64,000 nucleotides of DNA from Podarcis cretensis (taxonomy: Eukaryota), in NCBI GenBank assembly GCA_951804945.1, contig OX638152.1, forward strand, positions 59,086,001-59,150,000, given 5' to 3'. Below the pieces are notes generated by a model, which did not search any database, had not been told where the DNA came from, and saw only the letters and a program-made list of their open reading frames with translations. Of the stretch, positions 38,860-51,400 are shown one piece after another; position 1 is the stretch's first letter, and the number at the start of each line of letters is the position of its first letter. The position numbers and the translations under genes are program-made.

Positions 38860-40768
38860 GGTTAGATAGACACTGATCATCTGAGTGCTGCCTTAAGGCC
38901 ATTTTTCTGCAGCTGTTGAAAGTGCAGTTTCTAGTTGTGAAGATATTTCCTCAGGACTCTCTTGATCCTAGAGGAAGTCTGTGGACCAGCCATTAGAGTA
39001 TAGCCTCAGACATGCCTCTTCAGGGCTCTGGGGAGGGTCTGATGACCATGAATCCACCCAGGGTTAATCAAGAAGTGGATCTATCTCTTCCTCAAAGCTA
39101 CATTTGCCAGCGGACTCTCTCTCTCCAAAGTTGGGGACTGTGGCACTTTTGTTCTAAGAGAAAAGTGTGGAGAGATTTCCAGGACAGGAACCATGGTTAC
39201 TGGAAAGATACCGGAGGCCATATGCTGCCAAAAATGTCAAAGGATGTTCTTGACCTTAATAGCTGTGAATCATATGAAGAACAAAAATATATTATTTCTT
39301 GAACCTATATGTTTTCTATGATCACTGGTTCTTTTTATTTGCTAGTAAAGCCAAAAAGCTTGAAATTTGGACCATGTTAGTAAAATTATAATAATGGAAC
39401 CCAATTTCGTTGCACTCAGGTCAGTTTAAGTGACTTGAGGAATTCAATTTAATGCAATTGGAGAGCAGAGTCACCTCATTGAAAAACCTATCAATGATAG
39501 GCTAGGTCAGTTGGAGAATCCACACAGAGGTAGGGAATTCATGCTGAATATTGTATGTCATTAAGGGGTATTGTGTGGTTAAATCACCATGGGACCAGAT
39601 TAACAACTCAACTCAGATGGCTCGTACTGTTGTAGAGTTGCCCCAAACTGGGCTGAGCCATGTCAAAGTAAATGCATGTTGTATTTTAGGTGCCTGTGAA
39701 GGTAATCACCCAACAGCTTCCCTATGGCCTAGTTTAAGCATACTCTGGCTTCCTTGTGAGCACTTGAGAAGCTCAGGAGCATTCATATGGAGGCACATTT
39801 GTGAGACAGGGCAGCTATGATTTGTGCTGTCATAGTAACCATTTTCACTATGAGTTCTCACAAATTGTGTGGGCAATGCTGGCTGTGAGCCCAGCAACAG
39901 TGTCCTAGAGCTCATGAGGTGCTTTCATGGGTCCTTGTATTTGTCTGAACTAGGCCTAGACTAGAACTCTGCACTTATCATCAACCCACAGACTTGTGGA
40001 TTGACCCTAATTGTTCTGTTCTGTGATGCTGGATTTTAATTTGCCTGTATGTGTTACATTGAGGACATATGATTGATTGGTGGGCTGGTGAAATTTTTGT
40101 TTAATTTCTTTGGACCAAGACTGTAATTTGGTAATTTATCTAGCACTTTTTCAGTCTCTCCCGGGTGATTTTTCACATGCACTGGGCAGATTTTATATGA
40201 AGCTGTCTGCTTGCAGCTCCCTGTGCTTTGCTTTTTCTCATTCTCTAGTATACACCTCCCCTCTTTGTCTTGCCAAAGGCCTCAACAGGAGACAGCAATC
40301 AGATTTTGCTGCCCTGTTCTGTAATAACTTATATATTTCCTTTGTGGAGTAAGAAGAAAAGAGGAAAATTATTATTTGAGGACTGACACTCGCTCTCTCC
40401 CACCCCCCACCCCATGGTATGATAAGCAAGAAAGAACAGAATGGCACCAATCACATCCCTGTTTACATTCAAGCTAGTCACTAACCTGCTTTTTCACAAA
40501 CACTGCATAGATGTGCCATTTCCCTATTTCTAGATGAGGGGTAGTCAACATGGTGCCCCTCTGTCTCCCATCAGCCCCCGTTAGCATGGCCAAAAAGCAT
40601 ATATGTTTGGAATTGCAGTCCAGCAACTACTGGAGGGCAGCCCATTGGTTACACATTCTAGATGTGAGGGAGGAAAGAGAGATTGAAGGCTGCTCAACCA
40701 GCATGCCATGCACCCTCCATCTCCTATACTAGCCTACTGACCTCAGATGTGGTAGAAAGTACTTCTTC

Positions 40769-41023
40769 CAGTCGTGGCCGAGTCCGGGTCATGTGGCCAG
40801 CATGACTAAGCCGCTTCTGGTGAACCAGAGCAGCGCATGGAAACACTGTTTACCTTCCCGCCGGAGTGGTACCTATTTATCTACTTGCACTTTGACGTGC
40901 TTTCGAACTGCTAGGTTGGCAGGAGCAAGGACCGAGCAACAGGAGCTCACCCCCTTGCGGGGATTTGAACTGATTGGCAAGTCCTAGGCTCTGTGGTTTA
41001 ACTCACAGCGCCACTCGCGTCCC
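40769..41023 (-). mobile_element. Sauria SINE, internally deleted and tail-less
   Basis: Reverse complement of the 34109 copy, flanked by ACTTCTTC (40761-68 and 41024-31). Confidence 0.9.
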
Positions 41024-41044
41024 ACTTCTTCACATAGTGCATAG

Positions 41045-41255
41045 TTAAACTATGGAGATATTTTTTTTTAAAGCACTGGACAAAATTGTGGAGGATAATG
41101 CGGTCAATGGCTACTAGCCACAGTGGCTATATTCTATCTCCGTTGTTGGAGGCAGAAAGTTTTGAACATCAGTTGCTGGGAATCACAAATAGGAGAGCGC
41201 TTTGACAACCAGAATTTTTGGTCTGATCCAGCAGGATTCTTATTATGTTCTTATG
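41045..41255 (+). mobile_element. CR1 3' fragment
   Basis: 'ggacaaaattgtggagga...caatggctactagcca...tctgatccagcagg...atgttcttatg'. Confidence 0.6.
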
Positions 41256-42754
41256 ATAAAGAGATGTGTCTTCAGCTTATGACAAGAGCAATATCATGAA
41301 GGTAGCAGACACACATCTGTGAATTCTGCTCCCCCCTCCCAAATCCTGCACTAACTCCAGCACTGTTCCTAGATCTCCTGCATTGCATCTAATTTAGTCC
41401 AGATATCAGGAGTGATAATCTGGCAGCTCAAATTTTTCAGTACGAAAGCTCTCCCTCTTCACATTTCCTGCACTTCACAACAAATAGCATTTTGCTAACA
41501 CTAAATAAATATCATGGGTTTGTGGCAAAGGGTTTATGCTGCACTGCAGAGATAGACTCAGTGCCTACTCTGCTATTTTATACCAGAGAAATTTCTTTCT
41601 TTTTGTTTGGCTCAGGACCAAGAGGTTGCCATGGGAAATATAGAGGGGAAGTTTGACTATTGTTTAGACTTCTCTAATCACACCAAAGTCTAGACAAGCT
41701 CTGCTGTGCTGGAAACACTACTGAAACAATAACCACCGGCTCCTAAAAACTCTTCAGAGAAGTGAAATTTTATAACACATCGCCCCCTAAGGCATATTCC
41801 TATCCACAGTCAATCTGCACCAGAATAAGTACTTCCCAATTTAATTAAAAAGTTACTTCTCTGTTCCGGAATGTGGAAAATACTGAAGCTTTGACCTCCA
41901 AGTTCAGGTATCTGAAGAGCTTTCCAGATTATTATTTTTTTAAAAAAAAACAAACAGGAATTTATTCTCAGAACTAGACTGGCACTTGCCTACAACTGTT
42001 GTTTAAACCTGATTTTAACACTGTGTTTTAATTGTAACCCACCCTAATAATAATAATAATACTATTTTTTTCCCCTGGGCTGCTCTGCCTTTTTACATCT
42101 CCATGACAGGCAAGAATTCAAGATGTAAACCATTTTCTATCACCACAAAAAGTTCCCCAGTTCAATTCCTCCTCCCCCGGCCATGTCTCTGTTAGGGACT
42201 TTGGCAGGAAAGGGGGGGTCCTAGTTAGTCTCCATCCAATTTAGTCACAAGGTATCCCAAATCTCTAGATAAAAGCACAAAGGTCAGCAAGATGCAGTTC
42301 CTGTTGCAGTTTTCCTTCTGTACGACTAAAGTGATTGTAAGTAAATTTTCAATTGATTGTCATCTGCACAGAAAGTGTAAGAGAAGGGCGGACAGATTTC
42401 CTGATTCATTACTTCCCCCATGGATCAGCAACACTCAGCATCCTGCTCCACCTGTCCTCCAATTATTTATAGCAAATTCCTACAATTAATTCCAGGACTG
42501 ACATAGGTGTAATTTGCACTCGCTGCAGCATTCCAGTCCAACCATTTGGGTAACTATAGATCTGCAAAATCTATAGATTCCTAGACACTTTGAAAAGCTT
42601 TCAGCAGATGTCACAACTGCTATTTTCCATGCCCACCACCAGAACTCAGTAAATTTAGGAATAGGAGAAAGAGGGAGGAAGAAATAGTTGTAGAAATACT
42701 CACTGACATCCCAAACTAACTCTTTCTGGAGTGTGGAGAATTCTTGGGAAAATA

Positions 42755-42850
42755 CTACTACTAATAATAATTTATTATTTATACCCCACCCATCTGGCTG
42801 GGTTTCCCCAGCCACTTTGGGCGGCTACCAACAGAATATTAAAATACAAT
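42755..42850 (-). mobile_element. L2 3' tail fragment
   Basis: Reverse complement of the tail seen at 10290-10365. Confidence 0.7.
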
Positions 42851-45414
42851 AGTCTGGAAAAGCCCAGACTTTATTGAAAATTGTAGAAACAGACTTGAAA
42901 ATGTGCAGTCCATTCTGTATTGAGGCAGGCAGGCAGGCAGGAAAGCAGGCAGGCTTTAATCCATCTCTCCTTCGTCACAGGGCTCCTCCGGGCAACCTAT
43001 TTATTGAGCACTCATACTGATTTGCTTGCACAAAGTTTACCTAGAGGTCAGATTATATCCATGTGTGGTTTTATGACAATGAGCATTCATCCTGATTTGC
43101 TTGTGGGGTGTTTATATGTCTTCCCAGTAGTCATTCATTAGGAACAGAATGTTGGACTTGGATTGGCATTTGATTTGATCTAGCATTGCCCTTCTTATGT
43201 AAAGCCTGTGATTACTCGCTGGGTGAAAGGAGGAAATATTCAAAGGCAAAGAGTAAGACTGGAAAACGGCAGGGGAAACAATCTATATGTGAACAGTGTG
43301 ATTTGCAAACTCCATAATTCCATTTCGGAAATGGATCCAGTGCTGCTCTATGACCAGGAAAATATATGGTGCTAGTCTATGCACGTCTACTCAAAAGTCA
43401 TTGACCAGCAGTGGGGAAGAGGATTCAAAGAACAGAAATTGGAAACAGGTTAACATGTTCCCATTCAGTGCTCCAAAATACCTTTATTTAGCAGATATGG
43501 CAGCTCTTAATTTTCCATGAGATAAGAGGAACAAATTAAATTACAAGGATGCTGTGCAAAGGGAGAGAAACTCAGGCGATACGTGGAAGCCTTAAATAAC
43601 TCAGCAGTGTCAGATTCCAGAAGCATGAAAAATGCCTCTAATTTAGAGCATTTCCTTTGCATCCCAGTTTATACATTGGCAAAATGTACACTAGTAAAAT
43701 CTTTACTAGAGAGTATGAAGGACACAGTTGCTCCCTAGGTTGGTCCTACCATTAGGCAAAGTGAGGCAGTCACAACGGGTGGTAAATGCTACAGGGCGGG
43801 AGTGCACAGAGTTGCATGTGCCACATAGTGGCCTCCCCTGCAGCTTCTAAGCTAATGTGCTGCCCTCAGGTGTAGTGGAGCTTGTGAGATTTGTAATGAT
43901 AGAATTGAAAAAAATAGAAATAGTCCCTTGGCATTAAGAAATTGGTGGTTAGAAGACTATCCCTAAGGTCACATAATGCAAGCAGCTCCAAGAACCTAGA
44001 CGTTCTCAAGTCATTTTTAATTCCTCTGGCTTGTCTTTGGACCCAGAAAAATTACATGGTTTCAGAAGAACAGAATGAAGACTGTACTGAATATGCTAGG
44101 AACAGTTTTCTGGTGTAGAGTTAGATATAAACGATAAGAAGCAGTGGAAGCCACACTTTTATTTATTTTTTTATTTTATTTTATTTTAAGATCACATCTG
44201 TTTTTCTTTCGCTAAACTCAGCTGAAGGCTGAGCTGCAGAAGGAACTGCAACCTTCCCTGGCATGGCTTTCAGAAATTGTTATGGAATGTCATGTCATTA
44301 TAAGTATAAAGGCTGACTTATGGTAGGTAACATATTGTAACCATCCATCAAGCAAGAACTGTAATGACTGTCAGTTCTGTGGCTTAGCTGCTGGACAAAA
44401 AAATATGAAATATGAGGGTGCATGTGGTTATTCAGACACTTATATATGGTCTTGTATGGTGAGTGAATTTTGAACAGTGCTAATAAATTCCTTAAACATC
44501 CATGGTGCATAGAGATCAACAAACTTCATGTAAGACTACAGGTATTGGTGTGGTGAATATTGGTTGGTGCTTTGACCACTAGATCATGCCACTGAATTTA
44601 ACGACACACAACAGTTCAAGGCAAAAAACTCTGCTGAACATTGTTAGAAGACTGTTAGACTTGGGCCCACAATCTGTTGTTGATGCTGCATGTCATACAT
44701 CAACCAGTGTGATCAGCAGCGTATGCACAGCTCTAGCAGAACATCAGAGTTTCCCTGCTTTCCTGTAGTCAGCCTTTTCCAGTGTTCCCAGTTAAGAAAA
44801 CCTTTCCTACTCAGTTCAGTTCAAGGTATAAAGTGTGTATTGTTTTATGGTACAAGCATAAACATACAGTACTGGCTACATAAACTTTAAGAACTAATCT
44901 GCTATAATAAAGTTCTTCTGGTCTTCAAAATAAACCTGATAAAAATACAACGCAGAGAGATCCACTAACACTTTACCATGCTAGCCCACCATACTACACT
45001 TTATCATATAGCTTATACCTAGCATGGAGCACATACCTTATTATCAGTGAATACCTCACATTCTTGCTTATTGCTACTAAATCCAGCCTTGACTTTATAC
45101 CCCCCCACTGCACGTGCACACATTTCTTAGACAAAGGGAGGGTGGGTGAGTCATTTAGCCCTGGACTTTTTCTAACCATCTCATGCAGCTGGGTCTTTCT
45201 CTAAACAGAATGCAGACATGGGAGATGGGCTGCTCAAGACATGGCCCACACTTTGTGCAATGTCACCCATATTTCTAAATTACACCAACAGGCATGCCTG
45301 GCCTTGAGCAGACAAACCACCACCAGTGATGCGTACACATTGGCTATTGAAGATTGACTACACCTCCATGACTTAAGTACAAACTGTTGCTACAAACAAT
45401 GCACACAATATTTT

Positions 45415-45603
45415 CAAAGACATGGATGGCATGTATGCCTATGAATATCAGCTACTGGGAAACACTAAGCGGGGGGGGGGGGGGCGTACTGTTGCACTCA
45501 GGTCCTGCATGCAGACTTCCCACAGGCATCTGATTGCCACTGTGAGAACAGGATGCTGGACTAGACAGGTCTTTAGCCTGATCCAGCAGGGTTCTTCTTA
45601 TGA
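45415..45603 (+). mobile_element. CR1 3' fragment
   Basis: 'ccactgtgagaacaggatgctggactaga...tgatccagcagg...cttatg'. Confidence 0.6.
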
Positions 45604-46010
45604 CAATGGACATTAGTACACATTCCATGCATGGTCCACTCTTATCACCTGGTTACCAAGACAGTCCTGTCAAAGTGAGGCTGTGATGGGGAACAGATCC
45701 TTAAAAGTGCACATGCTATTTGTGATCACTATCAGCATTTGGAGGAGAGTGCAATACTGCAGTAATCTGCGTAATTCAGGATGCTGCTACCCACTGGTAC
45801 ATCAAGCTGCCATAGTGATGCAAAAAGTAAGCCATCTTGGTCTGGTTGCCAGGAACACTTGTTATATACCCCTGACACTCTCCACAGTCCAGAAGACACC
45901 TAACAGATCAGTCCTGCCCTGTGCCAACAGAGCCCCTGAATGCTGAGCTATTTTAGTACCTGGGCTAAGTCCACAAGTCCCTTTCCACCAGTGCAATGGC
46001 AGGAAATTTA

Positions 46011-46374
46011 AAGGTAAAGGTAAAGGTACCCCTGCCCGTACGGGCCAGTCTTGACAGACTCTGGGGTTGTGCGCCCATCTCACTCAAGAGGCCAGGGGCC
46101 AGCGCTGTCCGGAGACACTTCCGGGTCACGTGGCCAGCGTGACATCGCTGCTCTGGCGAGCCAGAGCCGCACACGGAAACGCCGTTTACCTTCCCGCTGG
46201 TAAGCGGTCCCTATTTATCTACTTGCACCCGGAGGTGCTTTCGAACTGCTAGGTTGGCAGGCGCTGGGACCGAGCAGCGGGAGCGCACCCCGCCGCAGGG
46301 ATTCGAACCGCCGACCTTTCGATCGGCAAGTCCTAGGCGCTGAGGCTTTAACCCACAGCGCCACCTGCGTCCCC
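46011..46374 (-). mobile_element. Sauria SINE, distinct CpG-rich subfamily
   Basis: (ACCTTT)n tail, with TSD GG(C/T)AGGAAATTTA (45998-46010 and 46375-87). Confidence 0.95.
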
Positions 46375-47681
46375 GGTAGGAAATTTACCTTTTGCCAATT
46401 GCTCAGCTTCAGCAGGCACACCCATCAAAGGACCTTTCACATGGAAGAACCCTGACAGTATCTTATGCTTCTTCTGGATGGCTGCCTGCTTGGAAACCTC
46501 ATCTGCTCATCCCAAGCCTGCCAAGGGGCACTGCCACTCTCACTTCTGGGGGCCCTTAACACCCATCCTGGGTGTCTCTCTCATGTCAGACAAAGTATAA
46601 CAATTCTATTACAAAACTAGGGGAAAAGAAATATTGCAAGGGTCTGAATTGTAAACCGGCACATTATCCTTTATTTGCTTTCTCCTTCTTTCCAGCTGTA
46701 TGCTGACATCTTGCACTGATTCTAAGGAATGCTGACAGAGGAAGCTTGACTCTTCCTTTGAAGCTGTTTGGAAGAGAGACATATGAAAATCCCCTACAGG
46801 CAAGCAGAACTCAGTCTGATCACTAGGCATAGTGAGTTTTGCTTTGTAACAGGAAGCATAAATCAGCAATTCATTATTAGCCTCCTAAACTATTCTTCCA
46901 CGCTCTCTTCTAGATTAATAAGCTTTAATAAGGTGCATGATAAATGCACAGAATATGACAAAATACTCCTATGTGTTTTGCAATAAGATGTCATGTTGGC
47001 ACAGCTGGAGGAGGCTGGAGGGTGCAGGGAGAGTTCTAGATACAGCGTAATTTATTTCTATTCTCTGCAAGTTCTTATGTCACTCTCACTTCTTGGACCA
47101 GTGGAGCTTGGCCATGGGTGAAATGTTCGGCCCAGCTAGGGCAGAGGGGCAGGAGCAAAGTCTTTGCCGTCTATTTTTTCCCCTGGCACTCCTTTTCTCT
47201 CTGGTTCATGGAACATGAGTGGTAGACGGCAGTCCTGAATTACTCTGTTTTCCCATGGCTGTGAAGGAAAGGGGGGAAATTGCTTCAAACACATTCAGCA
47301 CAAGCCTGGCTAGGAAAAAAGTCCTTCATATGTGGAAGCACATGGAGGCAGCATCGGGGGGGGGGGGAGAGAGGTTAATGAAGTGTGCCAGAATTTATCC
47401 TTGCATGCTGTATTGTTGTGAAACTTATCAAATGCCAAAAAATAGCAAGTGTGAGGTGCACACTGAACTTGAGCCTTAGGTCAAATGCGCGCACGCACAC
47501 ACACACACACACACACACACCGATTGGCCCTTTTTGTTTGTCTGTATGCACGGATATGTAAACACACATCTGAGTAATTAGCAACACTCATCTTTGGATC
47601 TCTAGTGGAGACCATTGTGCACACACAGCCAAGTTTGACTTATGAATATCTTGTTTATTTGGGGCAATTTACCACTGACCA

Positions 47682-48033
47682 GGGACGCGGGTGGCACTGT
47701 GGGTTAAACCACAGAGCCTAGGACTTGCCAATCAGAAGGTCGGCAGTTCGAATCCCCGAGAAGGGGTGAGCTCCCGTTGCTCGGTCCCTGCTCCTGCCAA
47801 CCTAGCAGTTTGAAAGCATGCCAGTGCAAGTAGATAAATAGGTACCGCTCTGTCGGGAAGGTAAACGGCGTTTCCGTGCGCTGCTCTGGTTCGCCAGAAG
47901 CGGCTTAGTCATGCTGGCTACATGACCCGGAAGCTGTATGCTGGCTCCCTCGGCCAATAAAGCGAGATGAGCACCGCAACCCTAGAGTCGGTCATGGCTG
48001 GACCTAATGGTCAGCGGCCCCTTTACCTTTACC
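47682..48033 (+). mobile_element. Sauria SINE
   Basis: Perfect TSD TTACCACTGACCA (47669-81 and 48034-46). Confidence 0.95.
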
Positions 48034-49077
48034 TTACCACTGACCAAAAAGGAACAAATGTGAGTGAACTTGCTCTAGCAGTCACCACACCATTCTTGCA
48101 ATTGTAATAAGTGGATATAAAAGAACAAAGGGTTTACCTCGGCATGGGATTTGTATGTGTGTGTGGCACAGAGTTCACACTGCCTGTTTTTATCTCCTTT
48201 GGATTTATAGATAGAGATTATTTTGCACATTCATCATCTCTAGTGAATGAACCGGTATCATAACAAGATGGCTTGCAGTGCATTTATTAGCCAGTCATAT
48301 GCACTCAATTACTGTGCGTACAGAACCACACTGCACTTACAGGCAATGAATAAAGAAACATAAACAGATGGGACTTTTATCTTGGGCAGGATGTAGAAGA
48401 CATGCTTAATTATTTTGGTGTGTGATGTAACTCAAAGATTTACTGGCAACCAGCCACTGTGATTGTATGTATCCATCCAAGATATTATTCAGATGTGCTA
48501 AGCTCTAAGATTTGTACTTCCCAAGTATTATATAAAACTAGAAACTCACTCCAGCATGTTATCGGAGTTCTCTCCCTTTTCCTCTTCCCTTGTAATTTTA
48601 TTAAAGATCTACCAGCTTTTCTTGTCCCTCTCACAAGAAGTTAGATGTGAGTCATCAGATGTTCCACTAATGAAGGTGAGGGGAAGGTTAGAAAATCAGT
48701 GATACATGCAAGACACTCTGCAGGGATCTGCAGGATTCCTGTGTCTTTCCAGCAATTGCAAACAGTAAGTGGAATAAGGTGTTGCAATGTCTGTTTGATG
48801 CTCCCCAAGCAGACCTTTAGTGCTATAATCACAAATGCTTTGATCTGAAGAATGTGACACAGCAAGGCTTTCCTCAGAAATCAGTTGCCATTTGCTTTGG
48901 AGTGTATGAACCTAGAATTAAGTGCCAACCAGTGGTGTCTTTGTTATAAAGAGAACAAAAAAAAAGTAACTTCAGCTTGACGAACTGTTCTGGAAACCTG
49001 AGCACTTGCACACCTATGAAATAAAACATTCATTAAAAAAAACTGGGAAATGTTGGCATGTGTCTAACAAAACAATA

Positions 49078-49295
49078 CAGTGGTACCTCAGGTTACAGAC
49101 ACTTCAGGTAACAGACTCCGCTAACCCAGAAATAGTGCTTTGGGTTAAGAACTTTACCTCAGGATGAGAACAGAAATCACGTGGCGGTCGCAGCGGGAGG
49201 CCCCATTAGCTAAAGTGGTATCTCAGGTTAAGAACAGTTTCAGGTTAAGAACAGACCTCCAGAACGAATTAAGTTCTTAACCCGAGGTACCACTG
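49078..49295 (+). mobile_element. Tigger/pogo-like MITE, copy 4
   Basis: Same TIRs, with a TA TSD. Confidence 0.92.
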
Positions 49296-51054
49296 TAATG
49301 ATATAGTCAATATTCACAGTGAAGAGAATTCAAGCTACATTCTAGCAATGATGTAATCCTGACCTCAGTTCCATTAAGTCCCAATTTACTTCAGTAAAGC
49401 TTATTGTGGCCTTATTTTATTTATTGTGTTTTTGATGACTGGATTCTCAGTTTTGTTTTTGAACATCTTTGTTGGAAGTCTCTTGCAAAGTGAAATGTGG
49501 GTTATAAACTTGATTAAAAATAAGTGTGTGAGTTAAATAAGGGGCTAATACTGTGCCTACCATGGGTGTTTACTATGCATGAACATCTAATATGTATTTT
49601 ATTGGCATATCAGTTGCAGCATCTGTGCTACACATAGTTGGGAGTCTCTGGGGAGTTTCAAAAGCAGTTAGCAATGTGGCAGGAGAGCCAGTCTTCAAAG
49701 AAAAGTCGTAAGTCTCACAAGATGCATGCAGGGCCCTTGTGTGTGTGCAAATGAGCTCTCTGAACCGTGGCCTCTATCTCCCAAACGTTACTGGTGAAGC
49801 CTGGAAATAATTGATAGGGAACGAATGCCTTTAGAGTAGATAGAGCACAGAGCACTATGGATTATTGGACTGACCTAGCAGGAATTTTCTTTTTATAAGA
49901 AAAGATGTAAGACACAACATTTTTTTTTATTTTTTAAAGAAGTATCTGGACCTCTGAAGTTACCACAGTGCCAAATCCTTGTTTGGTGCCTGTGTACCTC
50001 AGATATGGGAGGACAGCAAGGAGCAGACAAAGACAGGCAAATGAACTGTAAGAAAAGGCATTCCCTAATTTCAAAAACTTGAGAAATCCTGCAGGGCACA
50101 TGCAGCACTCTCAAAGACCCCAATTCAACTTGTGGATAGTCTGGTTTAAGTCACATTGAATTAGCTTCATGTCTAAAGGACATTTTTTTCTATTTCATTG
50201 CTGCTCAGGTTTTAACTAAACTGAAGACCGCATAGCTAATTGCTTGCATAGTCTGCCACCAGTGGTGTGGCTTGTTTACCACAGCACAAGATGACAATGG
50301 GAGGAGGGTGGCATGTGGGGGAAGCCAGAGCGTCCTCTAAGTATCTGCTGAGTAAGGCTTCACTCAGATTCTTGTCTTCCCTGTATGTGTGGCAAGATAT
50401 CGCAGTCAGTATCGACAGCAATTTCACTAGACAAAGAATAAACTCCATGATCCCCAAGATGAAATAATACTCTCTGTGTAAAGCTGAGGTGAAGTAGAAG
50501 GCTTCTCCTCAACAGGAAACGACGTTTTCCACTTACTTATATGGCTAGGTATAATCTCACATGGATTTGGGTGCTGAAGGACTACAAGCCCCATGATCCA
50601 CTGGAAATGGATACGCAGAGCCTACCCTCTCCTACCCTCCTCTAAAATTAAGCACCAGTAGCTGGACTGTTCATTAAAAGAAATAAGAGAAAGGTGCAAT
50701 TTCACCTGGTTAAACTGTTCTGGAATCATATAGTCTTGAGCATTGGCATGCCTATGAAAGGAAACATATAATTGGGAAATGCTATTCCAAGCTATTCAAT
50801 CTTCTCCGTGAAGAAAATCTTGACAATGGTGTAATCCTGATCTTGATTCCATTTGCATAAGTCCCAAACTGTAAAGAATTTAACTGTTTGGACTGGTTCC
50901 AGAAGCAGATTGGATGTTCTAAAAATGGAGTCACACACTACCAAGAGGAGCCTCTATTAACAATCTAATGGAGACACGCCAGACCAAAAGAAGTTTCTGG
51001 TTCCCATTTCAAAGGCAGCCCCATCTAAAGTGCATTGCAGTAATGTAGCTGCTG

Positions 51055-51400
51055 CGCCACAGGTTACTATGGCCAGAGCTGCAGTATTCAGAAACATGTG
51101 CAGCTTGTGCAACAGCCTCAGCTGAGTGAAGAAGGCACAAACGGCCACCACCACCACCAAGACAACCAATGTTAAGGCCAGGTTCAAGACCTCCAAATAA
51201 TTAGCCTTCATTTTCAAGAGGAGCACAACTCTCCCTAGAGTAGTGTGAATCTCTGTCTGTGATCAGGAATACCTCTGGGTTAAGCTTCAATTTGTTTGCC
51301 TTCATCCATTCCACTAGTGCCCACAGACACTAGTTCAGAACTTCAGCAGCCTCTCTGGATTCTTACAGAAAGGAGATACAGAGCAGACTCCCATCTACAT
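51055..51400 (-). mobile_element. Highly decayed L2 fragment
   Basis: 'AFFTQLRLLHKL..FLNTAALAIVT' resembles the L2 ORF2 motif AFxQLRLxxxLRPFL...LATV. Confidence 0.45.
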
